Shown here: piece by piece, positions 61,380-64,000 of the stretch
Position numbering within the stretch: position 1 is the first letter of the stretch
Layout: every line of letters begins with the position of its first letter
NCBI GenBank assembly: GCA_001002765.1
Contig: LCMS01000007.1
Location: 8,170-72,169, forward strand
Source of the DNA: Candidatus Uhrbacteria bacterium GW2011_GWE2_46_68
GTDB lineage: Bacteria; Patescibacteriota; Patescibacteriia; UBA9934; GWF2-40-263
Direction: 5' to 3'
DNA: 64,000 bases
Program-made: the position numbers and the translations under genes
Notes under the pieces: generated by a model
Database searches by the model: none
Seen by the model: the letters and a program-made list of their open reading frames with translations, nothing else
What the model was told of the DNA's origin: nothing

Positions 61380-63404
61380 TCATTTGAAAGAAACCGATGT
61401 ACCTGGCGAAACTTTTCCCGATTGAGACGTCGGTGGTTTGGGGGTGGGTGCCAAGGATGATAGAGAAATCTCCTTTGCTATCGGAGGTTTAGATGGTGCC
61501 GCGACCGCATGAGAAACCGATGGAGCCAATCGACGTTCGGGTGTGGGAAATGGACGTGATTCTGGTCTTCTTTGCGGCGGCCGGCGATCTCTCCTTTGCT
61601 CGCGATCAGAAGGGGTCGAAACTCGCATGGGAGCCTCCCTTGTTTGCCGCGGTCTTTCCACAGGCGCCGCAAACGCTGCAGGAATCTCTCGTTTTTCTTG
61701 AACAGGCGCAATTTTTTCTCGAACATCTTCTGGTGGCTTCACGTCCGCACGACTGGCAAGTGCGTTTAAAGAAATCGCTGGTGTATCAACAGTTTTCTGC
61801 ACCAATTCTCCTTCCGTGATTTTTAATTCCGGTCGTGACGACAAAGAAGATGGAGGTGGGCGTCGATCCCCTCCTCGATCCCCTCTCCGGTCTCCCCCAT
61901 CTCCCCCCATTCCTCTTCCCCCACCTTTTCGTCGCTCGCGAATCTTTGCAATACAATCATCACAATAAATCGGACGTGAACGATCCAACTCCACGGGCAA
62001 CACAACTTGGGCACCGCATTCTGTACAGTTGTATTCGAATCGTGGTTTACGCGATTCTTTCACGGATTTTTTCTTTTCTTCGGCTTCTTGCAACGCCTCG
62101 TCGATATCCACATCCCCCATGCCGCTCCATTTCAAAATTTTATCTTCGATTTCCGCACGCGGTTTGGAATAGCGTTCACGCGACACGCGAACCACTTTTT
62201 CCTCCGAATGCGTACGCTCGGCAATCGGCGGCAAAGTGGCGGCGGAAAACGGCTGGCTTGTCACGCCATCGATCAACAGTTTGAGATAAATATTGTACTT
62301 GGGAATGTTGATCAAATCCTCGGGCATAAACCGCGGACCAAATTCGGTTTCCATGTACTGAGCGTCCGGTGAGCCCACCCGAAATGTAATAATGGTTCCC
62401 ATGTTGCCGAACACGGCCTCACGTACAACATCGGTGAGTTGAGCAATATATTGATGCGCCATGATAAGACATAGGTGATATTTACGCGCCTCGGACAAAA
62501 TGGAAGCGAACGATTCCACGGCAAAGTTTTGAAACTCATCCACGTACATGTAAAAATCTTTGCGATCCGCTTCGGGCATATCCACCCGCTCCATGGCAGC
62601 CAATTGCATTTTGGTGATGAGCATGCCCCCCATGAGTCGCATGCTGTCTTCTCCGATACGCCCCTTGGACAAATTGATGATGAATATTTTTCCCTCATCC
62701 ATCATGGCGCGAATATCGATCGTGGATTTCACTTGCGCCACGATATTGCGAATCACGGCCGAAGATAAAAATTGTCCGATTTTGTTTTGGATAGGCGCCA
62801 CGGCTTCTTGCGCGTACTTTTCGTTGTAAGACGCAAACTCTTTCAGCCAAAATTGTTTGACGATTGGGTCTTTCACATTTCCCACAATACGTTTGCGATA
62901 ATCCGCATCAGACAAAAGTCGATTGATACCAAGCAAGGTAGATCCTGGATTATCGAGCAGCGCCAAAATGGAATTATTCAAAATATATTCCATACGGGAA
63001 GACCACATGTTTTCCCAAATCTTTTTGAAAACCCCCATCATGCCGCTTGCGACTAAATGCTTGTGTCGCTCGTCCACGGCCTCCAAAATATTAAATCCGA
63101 CCGGATAATCAATGTCAGACGGATTGAAATAAATCACGTCATTGATGCGATGACTCGGAATAAAATCAATAAGCTTCTCTGCCGTGTCCCCATGCGGATC
63201 CACATAACAACATCCATGCCCGGCGTAAATATCAGAGAGAATCATGTTTTCCAAAAGCACGGTTTTGCCCATACCGGTTTTTCCGATCACATACATATGC
63301 CGACGACGGTCATCGGTTCGTATGCCAAACTTGATCATCTGATTGCGAAAGTTTGTGCGAGCAAAATACGTTACTTCTTTTTCGTGGTTTTCATCGTAGG
63401 ACAT
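61380..63404 (-). CDS. VirD4/TraD-like coupling ATPase with a CxxC-x17-CxxC domain and a disordered tail
   Basis: RRRHMYVIGKTGMGKT, DPHGD, YVDEFQNF, EARKY; CTECG...CDDC. Confidence 0.85.
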   Translation of the reverse strand: MSYDENHEKEVTYFARTNFRNQMIKFGIRTDDRRRHMYVIGKTGMGKTVLLENMILSDIYAGHGCCYVDPHGDTAEKLIDFIPSHRINDVIYFNPSDIDYPVGFNILEAVDERHKHLVASGMMGVFKKIWENMWSSRMEYILNNSILALLDNPGSTLLGINRLLSDADYRKRIVGNVKDPIVKQFWLKEFASYNEKYAQEAVAPIQNKIGQFLSSAVIRNIVAQVKSTIDIRAMMDEGKIFIINLSKGRIGEDSMRLMGGMLITKMQLAAMERVDMPEADRKDFYMYVDEFQNFAVESFASILSEARKYHLCLIMAHQYIAQLTDVVREAVFGNMGTIITFRVGSPDAQYMETEFGPRFMPEDLINIPKYNIYLKLLIDGVTSQPFSAATLPPIAERTHSEEKVVRVSRERYSKPRAEIEDKILKWSGMGDVDIDEALQEAEEKKKSVKESRKPRFEYNCTECGAQVVLPVELDRSRPIYCDDCIAKIRERRKGGGRGMGGDGGDRRGDRGGDRRPPPSSLSSRPELKITEGELVQKTVDTPAISLNALASRADVKPPEDVREKIAPVQEKREIPAAFAAPVERPRQTREAPMRVSTPSDREQRRDRRPPQRRPESRPFPTPERRLAPSVSHAVAAPSKPPIAKEISLSSLAPTPKPPTSQSGKVSPGTSVSFK

Positions 63405-63409
63405 AGGCC

Positions 63410-64000
63410 TTACACGGGCAGATTGGGAGGAATATATGCTTTTTCTTCTTCATTACCTTTTGGAAGATCGGGCGGACGTAGTCCTGCGGGCACGGAAATA
63501 TTGGGAGCTTCCACGGAAAAAACCGCAATCTCATCATCTTTGAGTGGTGTAATGGGTATCTGTGTTTCTCCTTGTTTATGCTGATCATCCTTTGAAGATG
63601 CCAAGCGTACAACAGAAATTTCTTGCCCATCCTCAGCAGGAATGAGTCGCGGAAACGTCGCAAAATCTTTTTCTCCCTTGGCTGACATTCCGGGAAGCCC
63701 AGCCTCCATGGCACCTGGCAAGGTAATGGGTAACCCCACTGGCGGTTCGCCGCGCTTGGCCTCGGACTTTTTGATAAGAGGAGCTTTGATCGTGATCGGA
63801 GGGAAATGCCAAAGCGAAGCAATCTCCTCCACATTCATATAAAACTGATTTGCTCCTTTGCTAAAACTGCGCCCCTTAAACGCCGCCGCTAAAATTTGCT
63901 TTTTCTTCGTAGTGGTCCAGCGCTGCCAAAAATAATCATCACGAGGAATCGAAGGAGGATAGAGACTAAACGCATTCAGGTTCAAATGTGTAAATTGATG
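63410..64000 (-). CDS. 3' part of a hypothetical gene upstream of the VirD4-like ATPase (runs off the window)
   Basis: Open frame to the window edge; EEIASLWHFP and PPNLP tail; 5 nt from the ATPase start. Confidence 0.65.
   Translation of the reverse strand, partial: HQFTHLNLNAFSLYPPSIPRDDYFWQRWTTTKKKQILAAAFKGRSFSKGANQFYMNVEEIASLWHFPPITIKAPLIKKSEAKRGEPPVGLPITLPGAMEAGLPGMSAKGEKDFATFPRLIPAEDGQEISVVRLASSKDDQHKQGETQIPITPLKDDEIAVFSVEAPNISVPAGLRPPDLPKGNEEEKAYIPPNLPV

Overview
This 64-kb window is mostly housekeeping sequence, probably from a Patescibacteria/CPR (Parcubacteria-like) genome. That assignment is inferred from gene content, the rplQ-rplM-rpsI order, a short AlaRS and core genes lacking Shine-Dalgarno sequences. 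It carries tatD, a complete F1Fo ATP synthase operon, rlmN, greA-lysS-alr-ftsQ-like-pgi, an M23 peptidase, gltX, clpB under a CIRCE, priA-def-fmt, a surface-glycan locus, the infA-rpmJ-rpsM-rpsK-rpsD-rpoA-rplQ-rplM-rpsI cluster, alaS, murJ, a PduL-like gene, era, mnmA, uppP and a VirD4/TraD-like ATPase. The most unusual features are five. (1) A tandem array of three paralogs (27.8-31.9 kb) has conserved bodies and hypervariable C-termini that resemble diversity-generating retroelement (DGR) target regions; no RT or template repeat lies in the window and copy 3 is frameshifted. (2) REP-like palindromes, one of them nested, are inserted in frame inside those same genes. (3) An 11-6-11 dif-like palindrome at ~18.0 kb lies almost exactly midway between two near-identical inverted copies of a carbonic-anhydrase-like gene. 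(4) Two small AT-rich elements share GGGGTCAGGTC ends but have element-specific perfect inverted arms, and one contains an internally deleted IS200. (5) RpoA lacks its C-terminal domain. No rRNA, tRNA or CRISPR array was seen. All calls were made by eye, without database searches.
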